Positions 9,390 through 19,842 of a stretch of 64,000 nt of DNA are shown piece after piece. Positions within the stretch are counted from its first letter, which is position 1, and every line of letters starts with the position of its first letter. The notes beneath the pieces were generated by a model. It searched no databases. It saw only the letters and a list, made by a program, of their open reading frames with translations, and was not told the DNA's origin. Both the position numbers and the translations under genes were made by a program. The stretch comes from a bacterium (lineage in GTDB: Bacteria; SAR324; XYD2-FULL-50-16; G965216635), in assembly GCA_965216635.1 (NCBI GenBank), contig OZ244188.1:1152001-1216000 (forward strand), in the 5' to 3' direction.

Positions 9390-10664
9390 ATGGAATCTCA
9401 AAAAACTATGACGTCAAACAAATTAAACCAAAAAAAGACTATGGAATTTCAAAAAATTATAAAATCACAAGAAATTAGGCAAACAAAAGAAACTGTGAAA
9501 TCAAGCAAAATAACCCTGGCAATTTTAGCTTCGCTTTCGTGCTTGCTTTTACTTTTTGCGGGAGTAAATAATCTGCAAGCCCAAGAAGCAAGACAGCAGG
9601 GTTGGTCTATTGGGGTTAGTCCCTTTTATCTGGGTGCTAAAATAAAAACCACCACAGAAAACACTACTCTTACAGAATACATCAGAAAAACTTCTATAAC
9701 AACGACATTCAGTGCGAGTACCACCGATAATGTATCTTCGGGCGAAACTGCAGGTGCAGAAGGTTTGGCTAATGGTGGTGCTTTGAGTTACAGTTCCAAT
9801 TACGACGCAATAGCAATCGCTGCTGTAGTGGATATTTGTGAAGATGGTAGCTATAGTGCTGGAGACTATACGAATTATCAGTTTGACGCTACTTCTAATC
9901 CAGCATCCTCTACAGCAACGACAGATGAAGCTGCCTGTTTCAACCACTTCCAAGGGATTGTAGCCTCTTTTAGTGAATTTTTAGCAGGAACAGTTGTAGA
10001 TTCTTCTACTACATCTATTTCCATTAGCAACGAAAATACCAGTTTAGCAGGTAACGGATTGCAACTAGGCTACGACTTTGAAAAGTTTCGTGTTTCTTTT
10101 AGCCTACACCAATGGAGTGCGGGAGATAACAAGCTGGATAGTCAAATTGTACTAGTAGATTGGCACCTGCCCTACGGGCTCTATGCAGGAGCTGGTTTAG
10201 CCCAAGCCAAGCTAGAAACAAACGGAGGCTCGGATTCAAAAATAGCCCCCGCCGTTCATCTTGGCTATAAGCGAAATTTTAGCAAAAACTTTTCCATAGA
10301 AGCGGGACTGCTGTGGGTGGGGGCAAAGCTCTCTGTAAAACAGGTGCTTGCAGCACCAGAGCCAACAAGAACCTCAGTAGCACTACAGGCAGAGCCGAGT
10401 CCTATTCCCTCCTCTGTATTGGTAGGAGGTTTTATAAGTAATCCAACTAGCAATTTAGTCGGTCTTGGTTTTTTCGATGATAGAAATAGTGGATTCTTTT
10501 TTACTGATGAAGATAGAAGAATACTAGTAGAAGGAATAGTAACTCCAATTTACACTGAAGGACAACAGGAAACCCTAACTCCAAGAACTGTGCCTACAAA
10601 AACAACGATAGAAGTAGAAGCACCTGCTGCTCTATTTATTCGCTTCGTCTTACGCTTCAAGTAG
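9390..10664 (+). CDS. outer-membrane beta-barrel protein with large variable loop insertions (paralog 1)
   Basis: Extended signal peptide ending LQA-QE, amphipathic strands (GWSIGVSP, GLQLGYDF, GLYAGAGLA, HLGYK, FSIEAG), C-terminal FIRFVLRFK; homologous to 39382 and 41948. Confidence 0.7.
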   Translation: MESQKTMTSNKLNQKKTMEFQKIIKSQEIRQTKETVKSSKITLAILASLSCLLLLFAGVNNLQAQEARQQGWSIGVSPFYLGAKIKTTTENTTLTEYIRKTSITTTFSASTTDNVSSGETAGAEGLANGGALSYSSNYDAIAIAAVVDICEDGSYSAGDYTNYQFDATSNPASSTATTDEAACFNHFQGIVASFSEFLAGTVVDSSTTSISISNENTSLAGNGLQLGYDFEKFRVSFSLHQWSAGDNKLDSQIVLVDWHLPYGLYAGAGLAQAKLETNGGSDSKIAPAVHLGYKRNFSKNFSIEAGLLWVGAKLSVKQVLAAPEPTRTSVALQAEPSPIPSSVLVGGFISNPTSNLVGLGFFDDRNSGFFFTDEDRRILVEGIVTPIYTEGQQETLTPRTVPTKTTIEVEAPAALFIRFVLRFK

Positions 10665-10668
10665 AAGT

Positions 10669-10701
10669 AGAAACTCCCGCAAATCAAAGGCGGGAGTTTC
10701 T
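10669..10701. terminator. hairpin between convergent genes
   Basis: AGAAACTCCCGC/GCGGGAGTTTCT 12-bp stem. Confidence 0.75.
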
Positions 10702-10717
10702 CTAGTCTGATCTTGGA

Positions 10718-12028
10718 CTAAAACTGAGCCTCTTCTGTAGAGCCAGTCAAAGCAGTAACCGAAGATTTTCCCCCTTGAATGACTGTGGTTATATCGTCAA
10801 AATAGCCCGCTCCTACTTCCTGCTGATGCGCCACAAAAGTATAACCTTTTTCTATTGCCTCAAATTCTGGTTGTTGCACCATTTCTACATAGTGTTTCAT
10901 TCCTTCGCCTTTTGCGTAGTGATAAGAAAGCTCAAACATACTGTGCCACATATTATGAATCCCAGCTAGAGTGATGAATTGATATTTATAACCCATATCG
11001 CACAATGATTGCTGAAATCCTGCTATGGTTTTATCGTCAAGATTTTTTTTCCAGTTAAAACTCGGAGAGCAGTTATAAGCCAAACCCTGATCGGGATACT
11101 TGGATTGAATCGCATTGGCAAATTTTTCAGCTTCTTTGAGATCTGGGGTAGCGGTTTCGCACCATAATAAATCTGCATAGGGAGCGTAAGCCAAACCTCG
11201 TGAAATTGCTTGATTTAGCCCCGCTTTGACTTTAAAAAATCCTTCCGCAGTGCGTTCTCCAGTAATAAATTCTTTGTCGTAATCGTCCACCTCAGAAGTT
11301 AGTAGGTTGGCAGCGTTAGCGTCTGTTCTCGCTAAAATAATAGTCGGCACTCCTAAAACATCGGAGGCTAAACGAGCAGCAATTAACTTTTGCACAGCGT
11401 CTTGTGTAGGCACTAACACCTTACCTCCCATGTGGCCACATTTTTTGACAGCGGAAAGCTGGTCTTCAAAATGCACTCCAGCAGCACCGCATTCTATCAT
11501 ATTTTTCATCAACTCGTAGGCGTTTAAAATACCACCAAAGCCTGCTTCGGCGTCTGCTACAATAGGGAGAAAATAATCAATGGCTTGCTCTGGTTTGATT
11601 TTTCCTTCGCAAATAGCCTTCCATTGAATTTCATCGGCTCGTTTGAAAGTATTGTTGATTCTACGAACAGCATTAGGAACTGAATTATAGGCATAAAGAG
11701 ATTGATCGGGATACATCTGCTCTGAAGTGTTAGCATCGGCTGCCACTTGCCAACCTGAAAGATAAACAGATTCTAAACCGCCTTTTGCTTGTTGCATCGC
11801 CTGTCCCGCTGTGAGTGCTCCCATACAATTCACATAGCCTTTTTTAGAGGTGTTGCCATAAATCAGCTGCCAAAGTTTATTTGCTGCTTGCTTGGCTATG
11901 GTGTATTCAGGTTGAATACTACCTCTTAATCTAATCACATCTTTTGCACTGTAGGTGCGGGTTGCGTTTTTCCAGCGAGGATTTGTTTCCCAATCTTGCT
12001 GTAGTTTTTCGCTTTGTTGTTCAATCAT
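10718..12028 (-). CDS. aceA: isocitrate lyase
   Basis: KKCGHMGGKVL, DAEAGFGG, AYNCSPSFNW, GSTEEAQF. Confidence 0.98.
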   Translation of the reverse strand: MIEQQSEKLQQDWETNPRWKNATRTYSAKDVIRLRGSIQPEYTIAKQAANKLWQLIYGNTSKKGYVNCMGALTAGQAMQQAKGGLESVYLSGWQVAADANTSEQMYPDQSLYAYNSVPNAVRRINNTFKRADEIQWKAICEGKIKPEQAIDYFLPIVADAEAGFGGILNAYELMKNMIECGAAGVHFEDQLSAVKKCGHMGGKVLVPTQDAVQKLIAARLASDVLGVPTIILARTDANAANLLTSEVDDYDKEFITGERTAEGFFKVKAGLNQAISRGLAYAPYADLLWCETATPDLKEAEKFANAIQSKYPDQGLAYNCSPSFNWKKNLDDKTIAGFQQSLCDMGYKYQFITLAGIHNMWHSMFELSYHYAKGEGMKHYVEMVQQPEFEAIEKGYTFVAHQQEVGAGYFDDITTVIQGGKSSVTALTGSTEEAQF

Positions 12029-12058
12029 ATTTTTAAAGTAGTTGGTAGATAAATAAAT

Positions 12059-12355
12059 TTAGACGATTTTTTTACTAATCACAAGAACAAGTTTTTGATA
12101 TTCTAACCTATCTATTTTTCCTTGATCGAAATCCTGTTCTATTTCTTTTAACCGAATCTGTTTCGTTTGTGCTATTTCTTTTGCAAGCTCTTTTGCAGGC
12201 TCTTTTACTGGCTCTTTTGCAGAGATAGTTCCTACTTGAGATTCTTGTTTCTGTTTGTTTAAATTCAATTTCTCTGTAGGTTGCAAAAAAAGAGGCAAAA
12301 TAATAACACTGAAAAAGGTAATAAATAATAATAGTAAAATAATAATAGAAAGCAT
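12059..12355 (-). CDS. hypothetical membrane-anchored protein (CcmI N-terminus-like)
   Basis: TM helix ending LPLF, then LKEIEQDFDQGKID..EY..L. Confidence 0.5.
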   Translation of the reverse strand: MLSIIILLLLFITFFSVIILPLFLQPTEKLNLNKQKQESQVGTISAKEPVKEPAKELAKEIAQTKQIRLKEIEQDFDQGKIDRLEYQKLVLVISKKIV

Positions 12356-12367
12356 CTTTATAAAACT

Positions 12368-12396
12368 TTGACAGGAATTGAACTCTATGCTAGACT
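12368..12396 (+). promoter_or_regulatory. putative sigma70 promoter of queH (TTGACA-17-TAGACT, TG extension)
   Basis: Perfect -35; -10 ends 6 nt before the ATG. Confidence 0.65.
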
Positions 12397-12402
12397 AAAA
12401 TT

Positions 12403-13053
12403 ATGAAAAATACAAGACTAATTTTGAGAGCACCGAATCAAGCAAAAAAAGTTTTGCTCCATTCTTGCTGTGCTCCTTGTGCGGGTGAAGTGATGGAGGC
12501 TATAATCCATTCTGGTTTAGATTTAAAAGTTTTTTTTTATAATCCCAACATTCATCCTAAGGAAGAATACGAAATTCGCAAAAATGAAAATAAAAAATTT
12601 TGCGATAAATTACAAATTCCCTTTGTAGATGCAGACTACGATAAAGATAACTGGTTTCTTAGAGTCAAGGGATTGGAGTATGAGCTTGAAAGGGGATTCC
12701 GTTGCACTGTTTGTTTTGATATGAGATTTGAAAGAACAGCTCTTTATGCATCTGAAAATGATTATAAACTTTATTCTAGCTCTCTAGGAATTTCTCGTTG
12801 GAAGGATATGGAGCAAATTAATTATTCTGGTTTGCGTGCCGCTTTAAAATATCCAAATTTGTGCTATTGGACTTTTAATTGGCGAAAAAAAGGAGGTTCT
12901 GAGCGGATGATTCAAATCTCTAAAAGAGAAAATTTTTATCAACAGGAATATTGTGGCTGTGTTTATAGCTTAAGAGATACTAATAATTGGAGAAAAAAAA
13001 ACCAAAAGGCAAGGGTTAAGCGCGGCGTGAAATTTTATGGCAAAATGGAATAA
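12403..13053 (+). CDS. queH: epoxyqueuosine reductase QueH
   Basis: [32 protein letters not shown]. Confidence 0.95.
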   Translation: MKNTRLILRAPNQAKKVLLHSCCAPCAGEVMEAIIHSGLDLKVFFYNPNIHPKEEYEIRKNENKKFCDKLQIPFVDADYDKDNWFLRVKGLEYELERGFRCTVCFDMRFERTALYASENDYKLYSSSLGISRWKDMEQINYSGLRAALKYPNLCYWTFNWRKKGGSERMIQISKRENFYQQEYCGCVYSLRDTNNWRKKNQKARVKRGVKFYGKME

Positions 13054-13104
13054 AGTTTGATTTATCTAAAATTTACAGTACAATGTATACAACATAGTTG
13101 AATT

Positions 13105-14070
13105 ATGAATGTTTTAGAAATAGAAAAGCCTATTATTGAAATTTCCAAAAAAATTGAAGAGTTAGAAATTTTAAACAGGGAAGAGCCCAATGCGAATTTT
13201 GATGAAGAAATAACAAAACTTTACGAAAAGTTGAATAAATTAAAAGAAACTACTTATAGCAAGTTAGATGCTTGGCAAAAAACCACAATAGCCAGACATC
13301 CAATGAGATTTAGTATTTCAGATTTTGTGGAGAATGCGACTACAGATTTTTTGGAGTTGCACGGTGATAGGACTTTTGCTGATGATCTTTCTATTATAGG
13401 GGGGCTAGCAAAATTGGATAGTATTCCCGTGATGCTAGTAGGGCATCAAAAAGGTAGAAATACCAAAGAAAACTTGATCCGTAATTTTGGTATGCCCAGA
13501 CCAGAAGGTTATCGTAAAGCATTGAGACTTATGAAGTTAGCAGAAAAATTCAGCTTACCTGTTATCAATTTTATTGATACACCGGGGGCTTTTCCCGGTA
13601 TTGAAGCAGAAGAAAGAAACCAATCGGGAGCGATTGCTTTGAATCTGATGGAAATGGCTGGCTTAAAAACTCCACTGATTTCTGTTGTGTTGGGTGAAGG
13701 AGGTAGCGGAGGGGCTTTAGCCTTAGCCGTCACTGACGTGACTTTGATGATGGAGCATTCTATTTATTCGGTTATTTCCCCCGAGGGTTGTTCTTCTATT
13801 CTTTGGAAAACCACTGAAAAAACAAAGGATGCCGCTAAAAGTTTGCGTTATACTGCGCAAGATCTTTTAGATTTAGGAATTATTACTAAAATTATCCCTG
13901 AACCTAATGGAGGTACCCATTTGGATCACTTACAAACTTCACAAAATGTGAAAACAGCTATTTTGCAAAAATGTGAAAAGTTAGCAGAAAAAGATACTCC
14001 TAAGTTGGTAGAGGATAGGATTCAGCGGTTTAGAAAAATGGGGTTGCCTTATATACGTCAATCAAGCTAA
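13105..14070 (+). CDS. accA: acetyl-CoA carboxylase carboxyltransferase alpha subunit
   Basis: ELHGDR, RNFGMPRPEGYRKA, IDTPGA, GEGGSGGALA. Confidence 0.97.
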   Translation: MNVLEIEKPIIEISKKIEELEILNREEPNANFDEEITKLYEKLNKLKETTYSKLDAWQKTTIARHPMRFSISDFVENATTDFLELHGDRTFADDLSIIGGLAKLDSIPVMLVGHQKGRNTKENLIRNFGMPRPEGYRKALRLMKLAEKFSLPVINFIDTPGAFPGIEAEERNQSGAIALNLMEMAGLKTPLISVVLGEGGSGGALALAVTDVTLMMEHSIYSVISPEGCSSILWKTTEKTKDAAKSLRYTAQDLLDLGIITKIIPEPNGGTHLDHLQTSQNVKTAILQKCEKLAEKDTPKLVEDRIQRFRKMGLPYIRQSS

Positions 14071-14081
14071 AGCTATTAAAA

Positions 14082-15086
14082 ATGAACATCACAGCACTAG
14101 GAATTGCAACTTTAAATAATAAGCAAGAATGCATAGAAGCTTTTTACAGCTGGATTTCAGTTAAAGAAGAAACCTACGAAAAAGTCACTAAAAAATACGG
14201 ACAGAAGGGTAACTTTCAAATAAGGTTGGATAGCTTAACAGCAGATATAAAAAAATTAGAAAATCTATTAGAACCGAGCACTACTTTGCAAGCTTTGTTT
14301 GGCAACCAAACATTTGTTTTGGTAGGTATGGTAGAAGATAAACCTATTAAAACAGTGCTTGAAGCTTACCTTAAACTGCACCTTTTATCCAAAAGAATCT
14401 ATAAACCAAATGAGCTGAATTTGGAAAATATTTTTCCTATTTTGCCTAATTTGTGTTGGACAAATCAAGGAGCAGTAGATGTTCGCGAAATTGAAGCCAA
14501 ACAAATGCAGTACCGTTGCCGTGGAGAAATTTTGCATATAAAAAGCGTAGATAAATTTCCGCAAATGTTAGATTATATCTTGCCTTCAGATGTCAGAATT
14601 GCCAATTCAGCAAAAGTAAGATTGGGAGCATATCTGGGAAAAGGGACTACTGTGATGCACACTGGATTTGTTAATTTTAATGCTGGCACAGAAGGTCCCA
14701 ATATGGTAGAAGGGAGAATTTCTGCTGGAATTTTTGTAGGTTCTGGAACCCACCTTGGAGGAAGCTGCTCCACTATGGGAACCCTATCTGGAGGAGGAAA
14801 AGCAGTTATTTCTATAGGAAGAAACTGTCTTATTGGAGCCAACGGAGGAGTAGGAATTGCACTCGGAGATAGGTGCGTTATAGAGTCTGGTTTGTATATC
14901 ACTGCTGGTTCTAAAGTTGTTATTTTGGATAGCAGAAATCAACCTTTAAAAGAAGTTAAAGCAAAACAGCTTGCTCAAAAAGATGATTTGCTCTTTAGAA
15001 GAAACTCTCTTAGTGGTAAAATAGAATGTATAACTAGTAAAGGGGATTTTCAACTTAATGAAGATCTACATAAAAATTTAGCTTAG
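14082..15086 (+). CDS. dapD: tetrahydrodipicolinate N-succinyltransferase (long form)
   Basis: AYLKLHLLS, VDKFP.M.DY..P, VRLGAYL..GTTVMH.GFVNFNAGT, LFRRNS. Confidence 0.95.
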   Translation: MNITALGIATLNNKQECIEAFYSWISVKEETYEKVTKKYGQKGNFQIRLDSLTADIKKLENLLEPSTTLQALFGNQTFVLVGMVEDKPIKTVLEAYLKLHLLSKRIYKPNELNLENIFPILPNLCWTNQGAVDVREIEAKQMQYRCRGEILHIKSVDKFPQMLDYILPSDVRIANSAKVRLGAYLGKGTTVMHTGFVNFNAGTEGPNMVEGRISAGIFVGSGTHLGGSCSTMGTLSGGGKAVISIGRNCLIGANGGVGIALGDRCVIESGLYITAGSKVVILDSRNQPLKEVKAKQLAQKDDLLFRRNSLSGKIECITSKGDFQLNEDLHKNLA

Positions 15087-15099
15087 CACAGCGAAACTA

Positions 15100-17862
15100 T
15101 TGTTTAAAAAAATGAATATATTAAAGAAAAAAAAAATCCTTTTTTTGGGTATTTTTTTGGTTGTTTTCAGCACTGTCGTTTTTTTTAATTGGAATCTCCA
15201 AAGTCAAGCAGAGAGTGAAGAATTTTATCCTGATTCGGATGAAATTTCTCAAGTTCTAAATCAATTACAATATTCCTATGTAGACCCAGAAAGGCTGGAC
15301 GGATATAAGATCATGCGGAGTGTTTTAGAAAGGCTTGCTTTCAAAATACCTCCTGTAGTTCTCCATATTTCAGAAAAAGAAAAATTTAAATCCGCTGTAG
15401 TCCAAGTAGAAGAAGTTAAAAAAAAATTTAACTTTAAAAAATTAGAAAACTTAAAAAATGTTGATAAAGCTATCCAAGAAATTGTTATTTTTATTAAAAG
15501 AGAACTCAAGGAAAAAGACAGTCTAAAGGCTGTAGAATACCAAGCAATTCGCGGAATACTTTCCCCACTAGATCCACACACTGTCCTTTTTGTTCCCGAA
15601 GCCTATACTGAATTTCAAGCAGATACTAAAGGAATCTATAGCGGAGTAGGAATGTATATAGGTTTTAGAGGTAAACAAATAGTTGTTATCTCTCCCATTG
15701 TAGGTTCACCTGCTTTTAAAGCGGGCTTACAGGCACAGGATGAAATTTTGCAAATAGATGGTGAATCTACTTCTACTTTTACAGTGGGAAATGCCTCTCA
15801 AAAAATAAGAGGAGAAGTAGGCACAAAAGTAAAAATTCTAATCAACAGAAAGGGGTTTTCAAAACCCAAACAATTTATACTTACTCGCGAAAAAATTACT
15901 GTCAAAAGTGTGAATGCACTAGTTTTAAAAACTAAAAAAGGAAGAATCGGCTATATTAGTTTGTCTAGATTTCAACAAAATACAACAAAGCAATTAGAAC
16001 AGGCTTTGAATAAAATCAACTATAGTTTTTCGGATTTTCAGGGAATTATTTTAGATTTAAGAAATAATCCGGGAGGCTTGTTAAGCCAAGCCATCAAGGT
16101 AAGTGATAAGTTTTTGAATAGAGGCGTTATTGTTTCTACTTCAGGAGCTAGAAATGAAAGCAAAAAAACCTATAATTCTCGCTGGTATAACACTGTTGCC
16201 CGTGTTCCGCTTGTTGTTTTAGTAAATAGTGGTTCTGCTTCTGCATCAGAAATTGTCTCTGCTGCTTTAAAACAAAACAATAGAGCACTAATTTTGGGAA
16301 AAACAACTTATGGCAAAGGCTCTGTACAACAACTTCATCCATTTAAAGACGGATCAGCAATTAAGATGACTATTTCAAAATACTTAACTCCTAATGATAC
16401 TTCCATACAGTCCATAGGTGTTACTCCTCATATTGAGCTAAATCCTTTGGTTGTCAGCAAAAACTTAATACAAATTGTAGAAAATGATAAGTATGGTGCA
16501 AAAAGTCTACAGGGTGGTTTCACAAAATGGGGAGATGTTATAGATAAATCAGAAAAGAAACTTACCTTTCCTTTTGATAACAAATTTTCGCACTCCATTT
16601 TTAGTATTGCAGATGATAGAAAAGCCAATTCTGGTTTTGATATAGTGCAACTAAAAAAAGACTATCCTTTGTATCTAGCAGCTAAAATTCTGACAGCTTC
16701 CCATACAAAAAAAACTAATGAAAAACTAGAACTTAAGCAGTTACAAAAAAATGCCTACGAAATCATTGATATGGAAAAAGAAACACAAACAGAAAAATTA
16801 TCTGAAAAACTAAACGATTTAAATATCAAGTGGACAAAGGGTGGTTCTACAAAAATTAAAACGAAAACCCATTTTTGGGTGGAGATAGCACAAGAAAATA
16901 AAAAACCCTGTTTAGTAAAGTCTTCTAACAAAGAAGTCACTGCAGGAGATGAGATTTATTTTTGTGCTGAAGTGGAGAATCTTTCTAGCCAAGAAAGTGC
17001 ACAGCTACAAGCCATAATCACATCCAATATTGCAGATTTTAGTCAAAAGCAATTTGTTTTTGGCAATTTAAAACCACAAGAAAAAAAGATGTGGTATGTC
17101 CCTGTAACTATACACAATATTTTTTCAGAAACTGAAGTTTTTTTGAAATTGCATCTTTCCTTCGCAGAAGAAAAAGTAATTTCATCTCAAGAATTTTCTT
17201 TTCATATTAACGAAATCCCACAATCCTTTTTAGGCTATGAAATTCAGGCTTACAATGCAGAAGGTAAAAAAAAAGCTATAACGCCTTCTAGCAAAATCAA
17301 ACTAGAATTAAATTTAAAAAATATTTCTAAAACTGATTCTGGCATTATAAGTATTTCTTTGAAAAATGGAGAAGGAAATAAGGTTTTACTTACAGAAGCA
17401 AAGGCTAGTATTCCAGTCTTAAAAAAAGGACAAAGCGAAAAAATACAATTTGAGTTTATTTTGCAAAAAGCTTTAAAAGACAAAAAAATAGACCTCTCTT
17501 TATCCATAAAAGATAACACCTATTTGTTTGGTGAAATAGAGCATAATTTTTCCATTGCTTATGAGGAAAAACAAATTTCAACCATTCAAAATTCTCCTTC
17601 TATCATTAGTGTTCAAGATTATCCCTTAGTTTCAAAAAAAAGATCTGTTGTGGTTGATTTTAATATAGAAGATGATACGGGGGTGGAAAGTGTTTTTATC
17701 ATCCAAAATGGGAAGAAGATATTTTATAGAAGATTTGAAGAGCCACAGGTAAAAGATAAAGTAAGCCTGAAACTAGAAGATGGTCTCAATATAATCTCTA
17801 TTTTGAGTAGAGATGATTTTGAGGTTGTTAGTAGGAAAAAAATTCTCATCCAAAAAAGATAA
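15100..17862 (+). CDS. S41 family C-terminal processing peptidase with PDZ and C-terminal beta-rich domains (MXAN_5808-like)
   Basis: LDPHT, DLRNNPGG, SASASEI, TYGKGSVQ; start may be ATG at 15112. Confidence 0.9.
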   Translation: MFKKMNILKKKKILFLGIFLVVFSTVVFFNWNLQSQAESEEFYPDSDEISQVLNQLQYSYVDPERLDGYKIMRSVLERLAFKIPPVVLHISEKEKFKSAVVQVEEVKKKFNFKKLENLKNVDKAIQEIVIFIKRELKEKDSLKAVEYQAIRGILSPLDPHTVLFVPEAYTEFQADTKGIYSGVGMYIGFRGKQIVVISPIVGSPAFKAGLQAQDEILQIDGESTSTFTVGNASQKIRGEVGTKVKILINRKGFSKPKQFILTREKITVKSVNALVLKTKKGRIGYISLSRFQQNTTKQLEQALNKINYSFSDFQGIILDLRNNPGGLLSQAIKVSDKFLNRGVIVSTSGARNESKKTYNSRWYNTVARVPLVVLVNSGSASASEIVSAALKQNNRALILGKTTYGKGSVQQLHPFKDGSAIKMTISKYLTPNDTSIQSIGVTPHIELNPLVVSKNLIQIVENDKYGAKSLQGGFTKWGDVIDKSEKKLTFPFDNKFSHSIFSIADDRKANSGFDIVQLKKDYPLYLAAKILTASHTKKTNEKLELKQLQKNAYEIIDMEKETQTEKLSEKLNDLNIKWTKGGSTKIKTKTHFWVEIAQENKKPCLVKSSNKEVTAGDEIYFCAEVENLSSQESAQLQAIITSNIADFSQKQFVFGNLKPQEKKMWYVPVTIHNIFSETEVFLKLHLSFAEEKVISSQEFSFHINEIPQSFLGYEIQAYNAEGKKKAITPSSKIKLELNLKNISKTDSGIISISLKNGEGNKVLLTEAKASIPVLKKGQSEKIQFEFILQKALKDKKIDLSLSIKDNTYLFGEIEHNFSIAYEEKQISTIQNSPSIISVQDYPLVSKKRSVVVDFNIEDDTGVESVFIIQNGKKIFYRRFEEPQVKDKVSLKLEDGLNIISILSRDDFEVVSRKKILIQKR

Positions 17863-18854
17863 TGCGTAAATTTTTTTTAATTTTTTTCTCTCTTCTTTTT
17901 CTTATCTCTGCTCAAGTCAAAAAATCACCTGCCAAAAATTTATTGGCAAAGGAGCTAATAGGAGATAAGACGGTTGTAGGTGAGATAAATGGCAAAGTAG
18001 TAAAATTAAAGGAACTCAGAGATTCAGAAATTCAAAAACTGATAGAAGAGCTTCATCAATTAATCCAAATCAAATTTCAAAATAAAGTAGTCACTGATTT
18101 AATTGGAGAAAAAAAAATTATCGTCTCAGAAAAAGAAATTAGAGCATTTTACGACAACAATGAACTATTCAAAAAAGGCACTTACAAAGATCTAAAACCT
18201 AGAATTTTTCAATACCTCAAAGATGTGAAGCAGGCTAAAAGACAAGAGGAGGCTTATAAAAGATTAGTAAAAAAAGGTAAAGTCAAGTTCTCTTTAGAAG
18301 AGCCTAGCAGACTACTGATAAAGATAGCCATAGAGACAGCCTTTGTACGAGGTAATAAAAAAGCGAAAGTAATGCTCTTGGAATTTTCTGATTATCAGTG
18401 TCCTTTCTGCAAAAAAAATCAGCCAGTCATCAATAGTCTGATAGCGAAATATAGCAAAAAAGTAGCTTTTGCTTATCGCCATTTTCCCCTTTCTTTTCAT
18501 AAAGAAGCCGATGAAGCTGCGATTGCAGCGGAATGTGCTAGAGAGCAAGGTAAGTTCCTGCCACTGCATAATTTAATTTTTGCTAATACTTCAGCACTTC
18601 AATTCAGAGATTTAAAAAACTACGCGGTGATGATAGGTATAAAGAACAAAAATCAATTTAATTCTTGTTTGGATAAAAGAAAATATCAAGAACTAGTGGA
18701 TAGAGATATAGAAATCGCTTTAAAAGCAGGAATATCTTCTACTCCTAGCTATATTATTGGTAGAGTTGTAGAAAATAAATTCTTAAAAGGAGAAATTGTC
18801 GTGGGTGCTGTTTCAGCAAAACAGTTAGAAATTGTGATTTTGAGATACTTGTAG
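17862..18854 (+). CDS. DsbA-like thioredoxin protein
   Basis: EFSDYQCPFC, RHFPL.FH, STP. Confidence 0.9.
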   Translation: MRKFFLIFFSLLFLISAQVKKSPAKNLLAKELIGDKTVVGEINGKVVKLKELRDSEIQKLIEELHQLIQIKFQNKVVTDLIGEKKIIVSEKEIRAFYDNNELFKKGTYKDLKPRIFQYLKDVKQAKRQEEAYKRLVKKGKVKFSLEEPSRLLIKIAIETAFVRGNKKAKVMLLEFSDYQCPFCKKNQPVINSLIAKYSKKVAFAYRHFPLSFHKEADEAAIAAECAREQGKFLPLHNLIFANTSALQFRDLKNYAVMIGIKNKNQFNSCLDKRKYQELVDRDIEIALKAGISSTPSYIIGRVVENKFLKGEIVVGAVSAKQLEIVILRYL

Positions 18855-18917
18855 CCTTTTATATTAAAAAATAGCTTATTAAAATGCTTGCAAAAAATTG
18901 CAAATAAATTTATATAA

Positions 18918-19172
18918 TAGACCTTTGAATTGCGCTGATGCGACGGCTAGCCAAATGGTTTAAACAGGTGCAAAAAAAAAATTGGGTCGCAGGAATACTC
19001 AAGTATTTCAAGGGACAATTTTTTTTTTAACAGCGTAGTGCTAAACACTACAAAACTTAACGTTCAGCAAGAGTGAAATGTGAAACAGCCAGTGGCAGTT
19101 TCACAATAGCCTGTCTGAAGTTTTAAGCAATGAGCCTGTTTTGGCTAAACTAGATAAGCAAATTCAAAACTT
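18918..19172. mobile_element. composite palindromic element with GTGAAACAGCCAGTGGCAGTTTCAC module
   Basis: TAGACCTTTGAATTGC left end; shared core. Confidence 0.88.
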
Positions 19173-19336
19173 TTCATAGATTTCTTCCTATGTATGGATG
19201 GTTAGGTGCAGAAGATCTAAGAAATTTAGAGGTGATAACGGTAAGTGGAGCGGTTTCTTCGCTGATTACAGTAACATTTGGAAAATTAAGAAAATGAGGA
19301 GGAAAAATTTTTTATAGCTATTTTTTTCGTATTTGT

Positions 19337-19768
19337 TTGTTTGTTTTTCTTTTTTCTTTGCCTACATCACTGAAGGCGGAAAAGTACACGAAAAACCTCA
19401 CAATTTTTGTCACAGCAATACAAGAGGAAAATGTAGTCGCAATTTTCTTACAAATAAAAATTAAAAAAGGACAGCATATTTACTCTGCAAAAAAAACTTC
19501 TCCATCTATCAGCACTAAAGTGGAACTATTAGATAAAAATTGGCAGTTACAAGAGATTGAAGAATCTGCACCTATAAAAATTTATGATGAAGTTTTTCAG
19601 GATTTTATTTTTGTGCATCAAAATACAGTAGAATTTAAGATCAAAGCTCTCCAAAAAAACAATCAACTGATTCCAAAATTCATAGCAGGCAAGCTCATCT
19701 TTTCTATTTGCGATCAAAAAAGCTGTTCTCTTCCCCAAAGAAAAAATTTCAAGACAAAAGTTTTTTAA
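19337..19768 (+). CDS. DsbD N-terminal-domain-like protein
   Basis: IKKG.HIYS and ICDQKSC.LP motifs; start uncertain. Confidence 0.7.
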   Translation: MFVFLFSLPTSLKAEKYTKNLTIFVTAIQEENVVAIFLQIKIKKGQHIYSAKKTSPSISTKVELLDKNWQLQEIEESAPIKIYDEVFQDFIFVHQNTVEFKIKALQKNNQLIPKFIAGKLIFSICDQKSCSLPQRKNFKTKVF

Positions 19769-19788
19769 ATTATTACATTTTTTAAGAA

Positions 19789-19817
19789 TTGACTTACTGG
19801 ATAAAAAATTATAAAAT
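19789..19817 (+). promoter_or_regulatory. putative sigma70 promoter of bolA-grxD (TTGACT-17-TAAAAT)
   Basis: Hexamer match and spacing. Confidence 0.55.
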
Positions 19818-19842
19818 CAAATAAAAATATAAAATACTTACA

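Noticed and set aside
19173..19300. Possible small minus-strand ORF or ncRNA next to the element
   Set aside because: No start codon or recognisable motif or structure; cannot be supported
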